Shown piece by piece: positions 14,871 through 31,887 of a stretch of DNA of 64,000 nt. Source of the stretch: the human T2T-CHM13v2.0 reference genome, Homo sapiens; assembly GCF_009914755.1 (NCBI RefSeq), contig NC_060939.1; one strand, 5' to 3'. The stretch's first letter is position 1. Every line of letters begins with the position of its first letter. The notes beneath the pieces were generated by a model. The model had not been told where the DNA came from and ran no database searches. It saw only the letters and a list, made by a program, of their open reading frames with translations. Both the position numbers and the translations under genes were made by a program.

Positions 14871-15654
14871 ATATGACTTAAAAGTTTTTAATAGAAGTCA
14901 AGAAAGTGAATGAAACCACCTTTACCTACTGTGAAGCTTATGTTTTCAAGAAAAAAATTGAAATCAATATTACTCTAAAACAAAAGTCTGCAGAGAACAT
15001 TTTCTGATTTGAGCCCTAAGGTTAGATTTCTATTCCCGTCACCCGTGGATTTAGAAGTTTCTCCTCCAAAGACTGAACTCTTAGGCTTCTGATCTTTTTT
15101 CCTCTCTTGTGGATCCGTTAAATGAGTTTCTCAGCTCCCCTGATTGCTAGGAAAGGAGGGTCTCTCTGTTGCATGTCAGGATGGGCTGCAGTTCAAATAG
15201 CTCCCCAGATATCACATGTAATGAAACCCTGAACTCTCCCTGAACTAATGCATTTCTCCTAGGACTTTGTCTCCGCCTGGACACATTCCTAACAGTAACT
15301 ACTTTTTTCAGTTCTTTCTCAGTGATTTTCCTCTCATAGTTAGTAAACTCTTGAAGTTGTTTTAATCTACATTCCCCATTTCTCCAAAGAGTTCTGTTTT
15401 TAGCTTTTATGCCTAACTCCTGTTTAGTTTACTTATGTGATGTTAATGATTATAAGTTGACCTAGCAGTTCATATTTCATAGGTATTTAAGTGTATCTCA
15501 ACAAACCATATTTATGTGTGACCACTCTTTCCTCAACCAGGAGCAACACACATACATGTTGAGAAGGGGGCTCATACTCCATGGCAGTATGGGCTTGTGG
15601 GTACCTGGGATAGTTGGCTTTTGGGCCTTTGGGGCTTACGCTTTTATAGAGAAG

Positions 15655-15820
15655 TGGCCGTTTGCCAGACACTTCACACTCATTGGCTCATTTAACCCAG
15701 ACAATAAACTCATGAAGGAAGTACTGTTATTAATCCTGTTTTACAGATGAGGAATCTGGGGCATAGAGAGGTTAAGTTACTTACCTAAGGTCACACAGCT
15801 CCCACAGAGCCTAAACTCAA
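15655..15820 (-). mobile_element. MIR SINE
   Basis: TTTTACAGATGAGGAATCTGGGGCATAGAGAGGTTAAGTTACTTACCTAAGGTCACACAGCT, the MIR core. Confidence 0.8.
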
Positions 15821-15974
15821 ACCGAGTCCCCACCTGCCTCAGAGAGTTTAAAGGTAAACTGAACACACATTAAGAGAGTCATATTTGAAGTTTCCCATCC
15901 CCTTACCCCTGACATGCTATCTCCCTTCCACATTTGGCCAAATAAAAAAAAATCGTAATTTCTCTCCTTGTTTT

Positions 15975-16155
15975 GCTTTTATTTATTTATTTATTTATTT
16001 TTGAGACAGGGTCTCGCTTCATTGCCCAGGCTGAAGTGCAGTGGTGTGATCACAGCTCACTGCAGCCTTGATCACCTGGGCTCAAGCGATCCTCCCACCT
16101 CAGCCTCCTGAGGACGTGGGACCAATGGTGTTCACCACCACTCATGGCTAATTCT
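15975..16155 (-). mobile_element. Alu right-arm fragment (AluJ/FRAM-like)
   Basis: GAGACAGGGTCTCGC...GATCACAGCTCACTGCAGCC; single monomer. Confidence 0.85.
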
Positions 16156-16477
16156 TTTTCTTCTAAAGAATGATCATACCGTTCTCTGTAGTAAGACAAA
16201 GGAACAAGCAGCTAGTACTTGCCTTGATTCGTGCTCAGCTCTCTCATTTCACCTCACTCTGACTTTCACGTCTCACAGATGCAGCCACAAAAACTTTCCA
16301 AATTCAAGGCAAGAGAATAAGAGTATGTTCTGAAACTTTTAAGGAAAAGAAGGACAAAGCACAAATCTTACCTTTCAGACACACGTTGCTGGATTCAACA
16401 AATGTTTACTGATCTCTAACTCAATGCCAGATAGGAGACAGTGAGTCCTTATTCTAAGGCATTTTAAGAAAACTTCC

Positions 16478-16783
<306 letters not shown>

Positions 16784-19156
16784 CTTCCTGGGTTTGGGTG
16801 AAGACAGTCATATAAGCGACTATGACTAAAGGCACAATGTAAACAAATGTTTACATCTTGCAAATCTTCTCTCTTCATCATCCCACATTGCATCTCTCCT
16901 GCATAGAACTACATAGGGAACCTATCCAAAGAAAGGTTTCCCATCAAACAGGAAGAAAGGAAACATCCAAAACTGAGGCCCCAGATTATTTGCTACTGGA
17001 TTATTTGCACCTTTGAATTTATTTCTCTTTAGTAAATACAGGTGAAATGCGGAAAGATAAATGAAAGATGCCAACCATAATAACTGCGTTCATCACTATC
17101 TTTTAAAAAATAAAATTGTGAGGGAAGGATTATGCAAGTCAAAAAAGTATAAAAGTGTCCTATCAAGGAATAAAACTCAACTCCACCAAGGAATCCTATT
17201 ACTTTGTAGTCATACTTGTTGAACCTGGGGAGCTAGTTCTATAAGCCATAATCCCCCTACCTCTCAAAATAAAATAAACAAAAACCTGAGAAATTCTGTT
17301 ATTGCTTTCCTTTAACCTATATTGAAATAAACAGAGAGGATGGGTGAAAAAGGAAGTCATCAAATGATGTCCCCAAACACTGAGTCATCTTGTTAAGCAG
17401 ATCATGAAAAGACAAGATCATTGAGGAGGAGGCAAAAGCTGAGAGTGATTTAACTAGAAGCTCGACATACTGAAAGGCCAAACCCCAATGTGGTGAGTTA
17501 AGCTGAATTTTTAATTGTTTAATTGGGGGATTCCAACAGTTAAATGTAGCCAACCAGCAACAGCCCTTAAGGATCTAAGTCCATTGCTGTAGTGACATTG
17601 AACGACCTCTAGGAACACATTCCTCTTCCTATCTGCTGCTAAGGTAGACTGTGTTGTTAGCTGAAACCCCAAGATGGCATTCTTGCCTTACTTTTCTAAA
17701 CATTCCCTTTGGTTCAAAACCAAAACAAAACCTTCTGAAATCCTCATAAGGTTGGGTAATTTGATTTGAGGGGAGAGGGAGGAAGTGGCATTCTTTATAT
17801 TATCTAATAATCAGTGCTTTCTGAGGACTGGACGAGGCAGTTGCCTATTGGCTGTGATTTTAGGTATGCTGCAGAGAAAGGTCTTTGCTCAGGATGATCT
17901 CTGCCTGCTGCTCAGCCACGTGGCCTGCAATGGATTTTGAGATTCTGTGTATTATCGTTGAAGCTATAGGAGACCCCCTCACAGACATCTAGGAGTAGCA
18001 GTATGACAAGCCATGATCAGCCACAGATAACTGCGTGCATTAGCTATCTAGCCAGAACCTGGAGGAAGACGACATAGGAAAGATAAGCTTTGGCTGAACC
18101 CCAGGTTGAGGAGAAATAATAATTGCTGCACCTTTTTAATTCATTTTTATAGTTTAGAGTTCTGTTCACCTGTTGTTTTATTTTCATCTTCCCGACAATC
18201 CTGTGTGATGTTGCACTTCCCATTTTATATAAGATGCAGTTTAGGGAGATGCTCTGAATTGTCTAATATTGTGCAGAATAGCACAAAGTGGTTAAGCCAC
18301 TGGGATGATGTTGGACAGAATCCCAATGGAAGTCCTCTCTTCTCTCCTGCCAAGCAGAAGCTACCCACTGCTATTTAAACATGTTGAAATTCTGCCATCA
18401 CTTGCCATGTTGTTAAGTCAAATGTACACGTTTCAGTCTCAATTCTCTTGATTGCTTCTCAGAAATTGAGACTATTGATCATTCCCTCCTTCTTAGAACA
18501 CTTCCCTCTTGATTCTGAGATAATAGACTTCCCTGCTTTTCCTCCTAGTTAATCATTTCTAGTCTCCTATGGAGGCTTACTTGCCTCTGTTCAGTCATCA
18601 CATAGGGAAGTTCCTTCTGGTTCCCTCCTGGTTCTTGTTTCCCCTTATATCACTCCATATATCCCCAGTGTTTGAATTACTAGTGACTTCCAGATTTAAA
18701 TCTCTAGCTCAGACCCTCCTCTGAGATTGACTATTTCACAGATACCTCAAATTCAGCATGTCCAAGACCCAGAATCAAACCTGGTTCTCTCATGTTTTCT
18801 AACTAGCTAAATAATTAAACATTGTTTAAGCCAGAGACCTCAGATTTGTACTCAATCCGTTTTCCTTCCTCGCCTTCTGTAGCCAACTTATTACCAAGTC
18901 CTCTCCATTTTATCTAAATATCTCTCAAATTTGTCACCTTTCACCCTCATCACTGCTGCTTCACTGAATCTAAGTCACCACCATCTCGTCCAGACTTCCC
19001 ATTACACTCTGTGTATCCACTTTGAGTTCTTTTTAACCCATTTTCCACAATAAAGTTAGAAGTATTTTTTTCCAGAACGTAGGTCTGCTTATGTTCATCC
19101 CTTGTTTAAACTGTGTCAGTGGCTCTCTGTTGCCCTTGTGATAAGGAAAAAATCTT

Positions 19157-20517
<1,361 letters not shown>

Positions 20518-20658
20518 TAATCCCAAGCCCCAATCCTTAACTTTTTGTCTGTCAGATCTGAGATTAGGGGTCATCTTCTCAGGCAAGGCTTCCCTGACCT
20601 CTTCTCTCCTAAGTAAAGTTCCTTTGGTATTATCCACTTTGAAATAATGGTTATCACT

Positions 20659-21455
<797 letters not shown>

Positions 21456-23092
21456 CCTATGCTTCAGAGTGCTCACTACACATTCCTTGACATGATTATT
21501 TGATTAATGTCTATCTCCCCCCTTACATTCTAAGCTTGGCTTTTGCTCGACATTTTAATACTAACTACATAAGGCCTGGCATATAACAAGCGCTCAAAAA
21601 ATATTTGTTGAGAGACTGAATGGTGAAAAAGGAATAGCAAGAGCAACTTCATGTATTACTATTTTACCTAGTTCAAACCGTGCTATAGTTTTGCAGGGAG
21701 TGTATGATATGTCATACTTCAGGGGTTTTAAGGAATAAATTCTAGTTTGGTTACACTTTAATGGCATTAAACAAATCTCGTAGTTGTTTTTAAATGTAAA
21801 AACAAGGTGAGATAACCCTAAAAATAAACATCTGTTTATTGGAGCTCATATCTCTCTTAAGAAGGCATCCAGATATATTCCATAAGATACCGAGTTGGGG
21901 TTTTGTCATCAGGAAGAGGAGGAAATTCCATAGGTAGAAGCCCTTGATGGAAAAGACGAATTTTCTTGCCCAAATTTTAATCAGAGCAGAGTTGACTCTG
22001 TGCTGCTGAGAGAGTATTCATGAAAATCTGCCTGTTAAAATGTCACTACTGGAAAGTGGATTGAGAAGAAGGAAACTGTGTAGAAGTAGGAAAATAGCCA
22101 AGTTAGATGGGGCTAAATGTATATGACTCATCTACCACAGAGAATTACCGTGATGATCAAAATAAAAATATTATAATGATATGAAAATATTATACAAATA
22201 TAAAACATCCCATGGATTGTCCTTAGGGCCAATCCAATAAAAAGATTTCAAAGTGAAAGAAGCTAAAATTGGTAAGTATATTCTTCATGTTAAGTCTAAT
22301 GATTGCTAAATCCAATACTCACACTTAAAAAATGACATGGTTCCTCTGAAAATAAATTTGTACTTAAGAAAAGGTGACATTTCAGTGGACTGTAATTTTT
22401 ATGACAAACTTATACATTGTGTTTTTCTCCAAAGGTACCTTATGGGTATATTTATTCACACTGCCATTTAATTTATTCAAGCTACTTGTTAGTAGCTAAA
22501 TGTTTTCAAAGAATTTACCATTTTGGCAGAATTCAACAGTGAACTGGTGAATTATTTTCTAAACCAATTTGTTTGGAAAAAAATTCAACTGATATGTTTT
22601 TAAGCCCTGAAGTGTATAGGAAAATTAATTCCTAATTATAAATATGGAAACTTATGACAGTTAATTCATCTTTCGCATTTACTTGTCATATTTAGCCATC
22701 AAAATCCACTCATAACTAAGAAAACTAAATAAATATTACATTTCTCTCTTACATGTTAAACAACTCTAACTTTTGATTAATCTGCTAGACAAGTTGAGGA
22801 CAAATGCAAAGTCTGAGATGTATTTTTAAAGGTAGAGTTCTTTTCTTCAGTCTAATTTAAGATCGCTGGGATAAATAAGATATTTTACACACACCTCTAG
22901 AAATAATTGATAGTTCAAGCTTCTGTGTGTTACACTTGTTAAAATATTTGCATTCACAAGCAAAGTCAGAATTGTAGCTCAAGGCTATATGTATATCTTT
23001 CCTGAGGAATATAACACACAAGTAGCATTTTGAATTATAACTATTTTGAAATCATACATTTAAAGATACAGACCTGCCTTTTTAAAAAATAG

Positions 23093-23413
<321 letters not shown>

Positions 23414-23659
23414 TCAAGTTTTTCCTCTGAGTTTATATACGTGCCACACACTGTGGCAGGTATGAGATATAAAAGTAAGGTTGAGTGCTTACCCTTCAGA
23501 AGCTTGGGGTCCTATGGGGGCACACTGACTAATAATCAGGTAACTGGAATACCGTTCAATAAGTCCTGCAATTGTGGTAAGTACTGGGATTCTGTGATAG
23601 CAGCAAACTGAAAGATCTCTGTGCTGGTTCTTAGTGGCTTTCACTGATACTCTGCATCT

Positions 23660-23965
23660 TCTCCTTGGCACATAGCACGACATTTCACTTCTTCACCTCT
23701 TTATAGTTAGGCATCACCTATTTTGACTAATGGAATATAAGTGGAGGCAACACAAGTCACATATAGGTGGAAGTCTTTTTCCTTCATGGTGACTATCAAT
23801 ACTCCAGATGGGGGAGGCTCCTTCGGGCTAGGACCCTGAGGGAGGATAACAGGGAGCGCAGCCCCCAGCTAATCTGCAATGGATATGTAGTGTGTGTGAG
23901 AGAGAAACCTTTATTTTTTTTCAAGCCAGAGAGAATTGGAGGACATTTATTATTGCCTAACCTAT
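23660..23965 (+). mobile_element. Old MLT1 (MLT1I/J-like) LTR remnant
   Basis: TTTGACTAATGGAATATAAGTGGAG...TGTGAGAGAGAAACCTT...TCAAGCCAGAGAGAATTGG. Confidence 0.55.
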
Positions 23966-24690
23966 AAGGACCACTACAGGCTTTATTCCAGACTTGTAGA
24001 ATTACAGAAGGTTCCCAGTGGGCATGAAGTGTAACTGGGACCTGAAGGATGAATAAGTGCTGTCCAGGTAAAGAGTTGAAAGAAACAGCTTTCCAGAGGT
24101 AAAGGTACACGCAAAGGCTTGGAGCAGGATGAGAATTCCTTATGTTTAGGCAAGAAGTTTTTTTTTTTTTTTTCTTTTTTTTCCAACCAGAGTATAGCAG
24201 TCCAACAGAGCCACTGGAGAACTGGTCACAATAGGACTAATAGTGATTGCTCTTCAGGAATAAGACACCAAAGAGTTTTGACAGGTTTATTTGGGCTCTT
24301 GGACACAGAAAAGAGAATAAATAATCAAACTGCTGTGGACTCAAAGTAGTTGTCCCTTATGGAGAATTTGCCTGCAAAGCATAAAGTAGCTCTCCTCTTT
24401 CCAAAAGGGGTATTTATATTCCTTACTCTTAAAATCATTGCTTCAGTTCGTGCTTCTGTGCATATAGACTCAAAAGAATTTTTCATTGTATACAAGTCAG
24501 TTATGTTTATGTCTTTGCATGTGTACTGGTTTGTAAGCTCCTTGAAGACAGGGCCCATGTCATTTGCAATGTTATGCATTGTAAGTACTCAATAAATTCC
24601 CACTCAGCAGCTGTCATTATTTTAGGAATCTAATGGCTGATTAAGGCTTTGGCTAACTTCTAAATAATTGCTTTAAAAAGGAGATAATGA

Positions 24691-24980
24691 GGCCAGGTGC
24701 GGTGGTTCACATCTGTAATCCCAGCACTTTGAGAGGCCGAGGTGGGCAGATCACCTGAGGTGAGGAGTTTGAGACCAGCTTGTCCAACATGGTGAAACCC
24801 CGTCTCTACTAAAAATACAAAAATTAGCTGGGTGTGGTGGCGCGTGCCTGTAATCCCAGCTACTCAGGAGGCTGAGGCAGCAGAATCGCTTGAACCCGGG
24901 AGGTGGGGGTTGCTGTAAGCCATTGCACTCCAGCCTGGGCAACAGAGTGAGACTCTGTCTCAAAGGGAAAAAAAAAAAAA
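24691..24980 (+). mobile_element. Alu SINE (AluSx-like)
   Basis: Dimeric Alu; AAAAAGGAGATAA on both flanks. Confidence 0.95.
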
Positions 24981-25449
24981 GGAGATAAATCTCTCTATTC
25001 ACAGCTGGGGATATGTCCATTTAAAATTGCTCTGAGGTCTTTTGATGACAGTGAAGGCTGTGGACTCAGAATTTGCTGCCCAAGACCTAGATTTTAGGAC
25101 CATTTCCTGCCTGTGAGCCCTTAGGTTTAACTTTCACAGTCTTGGTTTCCTAACTTGTGAACTGCGTGGAAGCTCTGCCCTGCCAGAACCGCCCAGTATT
25201 GTGGGGCCAAAATGACAACTCTGAGACCTTTAAAGTGCCATACAAAATGTATGTGATATTCATGTTACTGCTGTTAGCATCACAATTCTTGGATCATTAG
25301 AGGGGGTAGGTTAATGTGAAACCCTTTATTAGACCTGGGTTTGAATTCTTTCTCCATCACTTAATAGTTGCATAATTTTGATCAAGCAACAAAATCCCAG
25401 CATATTACTAATCTCCCACCAATTTAAATTTAAACTATGATTTCTAAAT

Positions 25450-25463
25450 TATATATATGTGTA

Positions 25464-25510
<47 letters not shown>
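25450..25510 (+). repeat. (TG)n(TA)n microsatellite
   Basis: Directly visible in the sequence. Confidence 0.95.
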
Positions 25511-25513
<3 letters not shown>

Positions 25514-25739
25514 CAAATGTTCTTAGAGAAGAAGTCTGGCACACAAGAAGGCTACCAAGCTTTGAAGTCGTGCAGGTAGAGTTCAAATCTCACCTCCATC
25601 ACTTGTTAGGTGTGTGAACTTGGGTAAGTTAATTAACTTCCTGGAGTCCCAATTTCTAGCTCAATATAACTCAGTATAATGGGAACAGTACTACCCAGTT
25701 TTTCAAAGTTAAAAGACTACTTGAAGTAGAAAGTGCTGA

Positions 25740-26736
25740 CTTGGTGGGGCATCGTGATTCACACCAGTAATCCCAGCACTTTGAGAAGCTGAGACAGGAG
25801 GATGGCTTGAGCCCAGGACTTCGAGACCAGCCTAGGCAATATTGCAAGATCCTGTCTCAAAAAAAAAAAAAAAAATTAAAAAAAATTTCCAGGCGTAGTG
25901 GCACACCCCTATAGTTCCAACTGGTTGGGGGGCTGACTTGGGAGGATCACTTGAGCCTGGGAGGCTGAGGCTGCAGTGAGCTATGATCATATCAGAGGTG
26001 TTTAAACCAGAGTGACTCAATCTTGAATAGGGGCTGGGTAAAATGAGGCTGAGACCTGCTGGGCTGCATTCTCAGTAAGTTAGATACTCTAAGTCACAGG
26101 ATGAGATAGGAGGTTGGCACAAGATACAGGTCATAAAGACCTTGCTGATAAAACAGGTTGTAAGGAAGCTGGCCAAAGTCCACCAAAACCAAGATGGCGA
26201 CGAGAGGGACCTCTGGTCATCCTTACTGCTCATTGTATGCTAATTATAATGCATTAGCATGCTAAAAGACACTCCCACCAGCTCCAAGACAGTTTACAAA
26301 TGCCATGACAACATCAGGAAGTTACACTTATGGTCTCAAAAGAGGAGGAAACTTCAGTTCTGGAATTGCCTGCCCCTTTTTGGAAAAACTCATGAATAAT
26401 CCACCCCTTGGTGGATTATATATTGATTATATATAATATATAATCAATAATATAATATATTGATTATATTATTTAGTATATAATCAAGAAATAACCATAA
26501 AAATGGCCAACCAGCAGCTCAGGCTGCTGCTGTGCGTATGGAGTAGCCATTCTTTTATTCCTTTACTTTCTTAATAAACTTGCTCTTTCTTTACTCTATG
26601 GTTTTGCCTCAAATTCTTTCTTTTGTGAGATCCAAGAACCCTCTCTTGGGGTCTGGATAGGGACCCCTTTCCAGTAACAATCATGTCACTGTACTTCAGC
26701 CTGGGTGACAGAGCAAGGTACTGTCTCTTAAAAAAA
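25740..26736 (+). mobile_element. AluJ-like SINE interrupted by MER41B
   Basis: Alu sequence stops at GAGCTATGATCA (25989) and resumes as ATCATGTCACTGTACTTCAGCCTGGG (26680). Confidence 0.88.
25990..26679 (+). mobile_element. MER41B ERV1 solo LTR, 4-bp TSD ATCA
   Basis: TATCAGAGGTGTTTAAACCAGAG...CCAAGATGGCGACGAGAG...GGGACCCCTTTCCAGTAACA; ATCA at 25986-25989 and 26680-26683. Confidence 0.92.
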
Positions 26737-27216
26737 TGTGCTGACTTATTACACCTCTGAAATGCTGCCATATCTGTTTACCACACAGCATACTTCATCC
26801 CTAAAAATTCCAAGCTATTCATGGAAAAGCCTCACCAACACTCAGCTACTTAGAAAAGGACATGTCCCTTATCCCAGCATAGAGAAAATGACTGGGTAAA
26901 CTTATTTTTTCTATTTTTAATTTTAATTAATTAATTAATTTTATTTTTCTCTCTGTTCTTTGAAAGACAGTACATTTAAACCTAAACCTCAGGTCAATTT
27001 GTCACTCCTCACACCAGACCAGATTCCTACTTAACTGGAGGTATCTAAGGCAGCTCATGAGACCCCCAAGGGTCCTCATCTTCCTTTTTCTTTCTTTCCA
27101 TGGAACAACAATCATTTGTGTTCCCCAAGTTTATACAAGAAATTTCAGGAGAAAAATAAGAGATATGGGTCACATTCCAATAGAGATTATAGCACTACAT
27201 GGACAAGATACTCATG

Positions 27217-27340
27217 TTTCTTTCCTTCCTTCCTTCCTTTGTTTCTTTCTTTCTTTTTCTTTCATTCTTTCTTTCCTCTCTCCCTCCCTCCCTCTTTCTT
27301 TTCTTCTTTCTTTCTTTCTTCTTTCTCTTTCTCTCTTCTT

Positions 27341-27434
<94 letters not shown>

Positions 27435-27545
27435 TCCTCTTTCCTTCCTTCCTTCCCTCCCTCCCGTCCTTCCTTCCTTCCTTCCCTCTTTCTCTTTCTC
27501 TCTTCTCTTCTTTTCTTTACTTTCCCTTTCTTTCTTTTCTTTTTT
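27217..27545 (+). repeat. (TTTC)n/(TTCC)n polypyrimidine tract
   Basis: About 330 bp of almost pure C/T, forming the tail of the adjacent Alu. Confidence 0.97.
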
Positions 27546-27549
27546 CAGC

Positions 27550-27822
27550 TTCTTGCTCTGTTGCCCAGGCTGGAGTGCACTGGCATGATTATAGTTCACT
27601 GCAGCCTCCAGCTCCTGGGCTTAAGTGACCTTCCTGCCTCAGCCTCCCCAGTAGCTGAGACTACAGGTGCATGCCACCATGTCTGGCTAATATTTTATTT
27701 TTTATAAGGATGAGTTTTGCTATGTTGCCCAGGCTGGTCTTGAGCTCCCGGACTCAAGTGATCCTCCTGCCTCATCCCCACAAAGTTCTGGGATTACAGG
27801 TGTGAGCCACTGCACCGAGCTG
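27550..27822 (-). mobile_element. Alu SINE (AluJ-like)
   Basis: TCTTGCTCTGTTGCCCAGG...GATTATAGTTCACTGCAGCCTCC. Confidence 0.9.
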
Positions 27823-28052
27823 ATACTCAAATTTTTAGCTGTTTTCTTAAACACAGAATCCTGGCCTAATAAAATTGCTCCCTGTGGTCACTGTCATGTT
27901 CCAGTCAGTTGGCCACAGGATTAACTCTTCTCTAGAATGAGTGGATGGTCCATGAGCCAGGCATACAGATTTACCAGTTGACTAAGCTTCCCCTCACACA
28001 CAATCTCTGTGTTCCGTTCTTCACAAAACAGCAAAAGTGAGCTGTTTGCTAG

Positions 28053-28391
<339 letters not shown>

Positions 28392-28409
28392 TTTGCTTTC
28401 ATTTTGTGT

Positions 28410-28563
28410 GTGGTTTGTGCACCAGCAGCATCAGCATCACCTGGGAGCTGGTTGGAAGTGCAGACTCTCAGGCCCCACCCAGAATGACTGAATCAGATCT
28501 GCATTTAACAAGATCCCCTGGTGATTCATGTGCATTTTAAAGTTTTCAAGAAGCACTGGGCTA
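28410..28563. mobile_element. MER5A (hAT-Charlie)
   Basis: CCAGCAGCATCAGCATCACCTGGGAGC...CTCAGGCCCCACCC...AACAAGATCCCC...AGAAGCACTG. Confidence 0.85.
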
Positions 28564-29329
28564 GAAAGTCTAAATAATGCCTGATACCTGGTGCCAAAGG
28601 GAGTCATTCTTTAGGATTTATTGGGGACAAAGTTTGCAAATCTTTTCACCAAAATTCTTAAACTAGACACATTTTTCAAAGCACTGGCCTCTCTGTCCTA
28701 CTACATATGCTACTACTGCAAGTGCAATACAGATATTCTTCACTTTCTCACAAAGGATTTTTGAATTTCGAGACTTGCATAAAATCATATAGACAGGCAG
28801 ATGCTAAAACGTAAAATAACCTTCCTTTTCTATAACTATTGGTTTTGGCTGACAGAAGTCATGCATAGGGTCATATTTCAGAGAAATTACCATGCCTTAA
28901 TGAGAACTTTAGGTTGAAGGAAGACATTTCAGTGAAATGATAGTGGAATTGATACGATCAAAATGAAATATGTGGCATATTTATCTAATCAGCTAGAGCT
29001 GCAATCTCTAACCATAGTCATTTACAGCTCAATCAACTCATCTAGTCATTATCAGCTAATGATACAATGAGTGATTACCCTCACATTGAGATAATAAGTG
29101 AGTTCATGAAAATCAGCACTTCTATTATAAAGTGTGACAGGTAGGACTGAAAATAAAGTCTTTGAATACAGTGAGTACATGGCTTACATGACAAAAATGT
29201 AATAGGAAAAAATAGAAGTGCATAATTATAAGATGAGGTACCACTCTTTTGGAAAGCAACTTAGCAATTTGTATTAAGAATCATTAAAATTTTCACACCT
29301 TTGTACCATGTAAATTTTTTTATAAACAA

Positions 29330-30650
29330 TAACCAATTTCCAAAAATTGCAATTGGAGTACAAAGAACGTTTTCCATACCATTTGAGAGTAAGTTGCTGA
29401 TAGGATGCTCTTATCCCTGAATACTCCAGGGTGTATTTTCCACAAACGAATAAGTTTCCCTATATAACTACAATACAAACAATGAAAATTAACATGGATA
29501 CATTACTACCATCTTGTCCTCACACTCTATTCAGGTTTCACCAATGCCTCAATAACATCTTTATAGTAAAAGGATCCAGCTAAGAGTTACATGTTGCATT
29601 TACTTGTCATGTTTCTTTAGTTTCCTTCAATATGGAATGGTTTCTCCTTGTTGCCTGGCTTTTCACACTCATGCCACTTTTGAAGATTACTGACCAGTTA
29701 TTTTGTAGATGGTCCTTCCATTTGGGTTTGTTTGAGGATGCAATCCAGGTTGCATGTCTGCAGTAAGAATATCACAGAAGTGATGCTATGTTCTTCTCAT
29801 TGAATCCTATCAGGTGACACACAATTTTGATTAGCCCTATTACTGATTATATTAACAGTATTCACTTCATTAAGGTGGTAAACATGAGATTTCTTTACTG
29901 TGAAGTTATTCTTTTTCTCTTTTTAGTTAGTAGCCATTGTGTAAGGAGTTAACTTTGAGATGCTGTAAATATTCTGTATTTCACCAAACTTTCAGTTATT
30001 TATTTATTTGTATCATGTCTTTATTTAGATTAGCATGAAAGATTTTATTCAGTGAATTTTAAGCTATTATCTCATAATTTATGTTGCTGCTCAAATTGTC
30101 TCAGATTTGGCCAGCGGGAAGTCCTTCAAGTTGGTTTTTGTGTTTTGGCTTTGACATGCCCCCATCATTCTTTGTGCATTTTCTCTCCTTCTGGCCCAAG
30201 ATGTTTCAGGCTCATCTTGTGCTTTCCCTGCACCAGCACTGGAATCTTCCATTGTTTAAAGAACTCCCAGTTTCTTTTAGTGGAGAATGATATTTAGAAA
30301 CCAAAATCTCGGGGCTAAATTTGTTCATTGCACAGAGACACTGAGTATGACTTCCTGTTTTTTTCAGTAGACAGAGCTAGGGAATGAATATATATCTCTA
30401 TCTCTATAGATAGAGATATGCATAAAGGTATTTATATCTTTATGTTAAACCATGAGTATAAACTGATTCTTTCTATTTGAATCCAACACCTCATGGTTGA
30501 TTGCAGCTTTCTTCCTTTCAGTAATCCCCTTCTCTGACAATAAGAAACCTGGCTCCTGTTATTAATATATTTACTTACTGATTAACCCACTTGTATATAA
30601 CCAATCTCAAGTCACTGCTATCACCCTCCTTCCCCCCAGGACACCCTTAC
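29330..30650 (-). mobile_element. L1MC4-like ancient L1 3' remnant
   Basis: CCATTTGAGAGTAAGTTGC...CCCTGAATACTCCAG...GATTTGGCCAGCGGGAAG...CTTTTAGTGGAGAATG. Confidence 0.7.
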
Positions 30651-31887
30651 TGTCCTTCTCTCAGCTTCTAGGGCTCCCCCTACCGCATGTATTATAGTGC
30701 TTGGCTTCATGTCATAGCTTTTATGCCTAGCATGATTAATGGATTTCAAATTCAAATTCCTTATTTTCTGGGACTCATAGAAATATTTGGTGTATAGAAC
30801 CTTATATAAGCCAATCAAAACAGAGCTTATTTTAATTTAAAAGACTTTGTAAGCGTGTTTACTACATTCATGATGTGAGAGGTAAAGGACTTTCTGAATT
30901 ACAGACATATAGACAGAGTTTATAGCTTCAGTTGTACAGTTTTATTCATAGTTTAAAAGTAAAGACAGCAACACAAAAACTCACAGGGCCAGATATCGTA
31001 GACCCGTATGCTCTCCTGATGAGGATAAAATTTTCAATTGATTTGAGCTCAAAATGGACAAACAAATGAGACTAACAATCTGAATTCTCTATCCTTTTGC
31101 CCAATAGAGAATAGACCTCTTTGGTCCTTTAATTCACTTATCTAAATTACCAAATAGTATGAACATAAAGTCAAATTCCACTAATTATTGATGCCCCCAT
31201 AACTTATCCTTCATGCATAAACCAGAAACAAAAGCAAAATGCAAAATTAGCGAAGAGAGAAAAAAATACCAAGAGAAACATACAGACAGAAAAGTTAAAG
31301 TTCTCGTGCTGCCTGAGAATGACTTTCAGAAGCCAAGAAAAAAACATGCCTCATCTTAAGCCACCCCTGATCTCCCGTCACTCTCCCGAGTAGGTATAGT
31401 TCTCTAGCAGTGCAGTTTGGCTCTGTGAGGACATTGTGGTAGATGATCTCCCAAACTGTGAAAAGGCAATTAAAAAGAAGTAAAATCATGACTCCTATAC
31501 AAACATAAATGAACATGTGTCAAAGATTTTATTTAACTTGTTAACTAATGAAGAAACAATAAGATATCATCACCAGTTTCTATAATGACTTTTAGAAAAA
31601 GAGAAAGGAAAAGGAAACAAAGAAAGAGACAGAGACAGAGGAAGAAAAGGAAGAAGAGTTTACTATATAATTTCAATTCTAGGACCGGGTCCGAAGGAAA
31701 AATCTAAATTAAGGATGTAGTTTTATGCACAAAGATGTTCATTTTGGCATTTCTGCACTAGGACAATACATTTGAGGAGACAATGGACCATTTGCTACCA
31801 GAGGGTTGAATGGAAAAGACGGTGACCTGAGAATCTGTATCCAGTGTAAAATCTTCCGAATGAAATACTCAGAAATGCAAGTCTTTT

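Noticed and set aside
21913-22040. Acceptor followed by EEEEIP*VEALDGKDEF
   Set aside because: Several stops and no clear donor; too weak to add to the exon chain.
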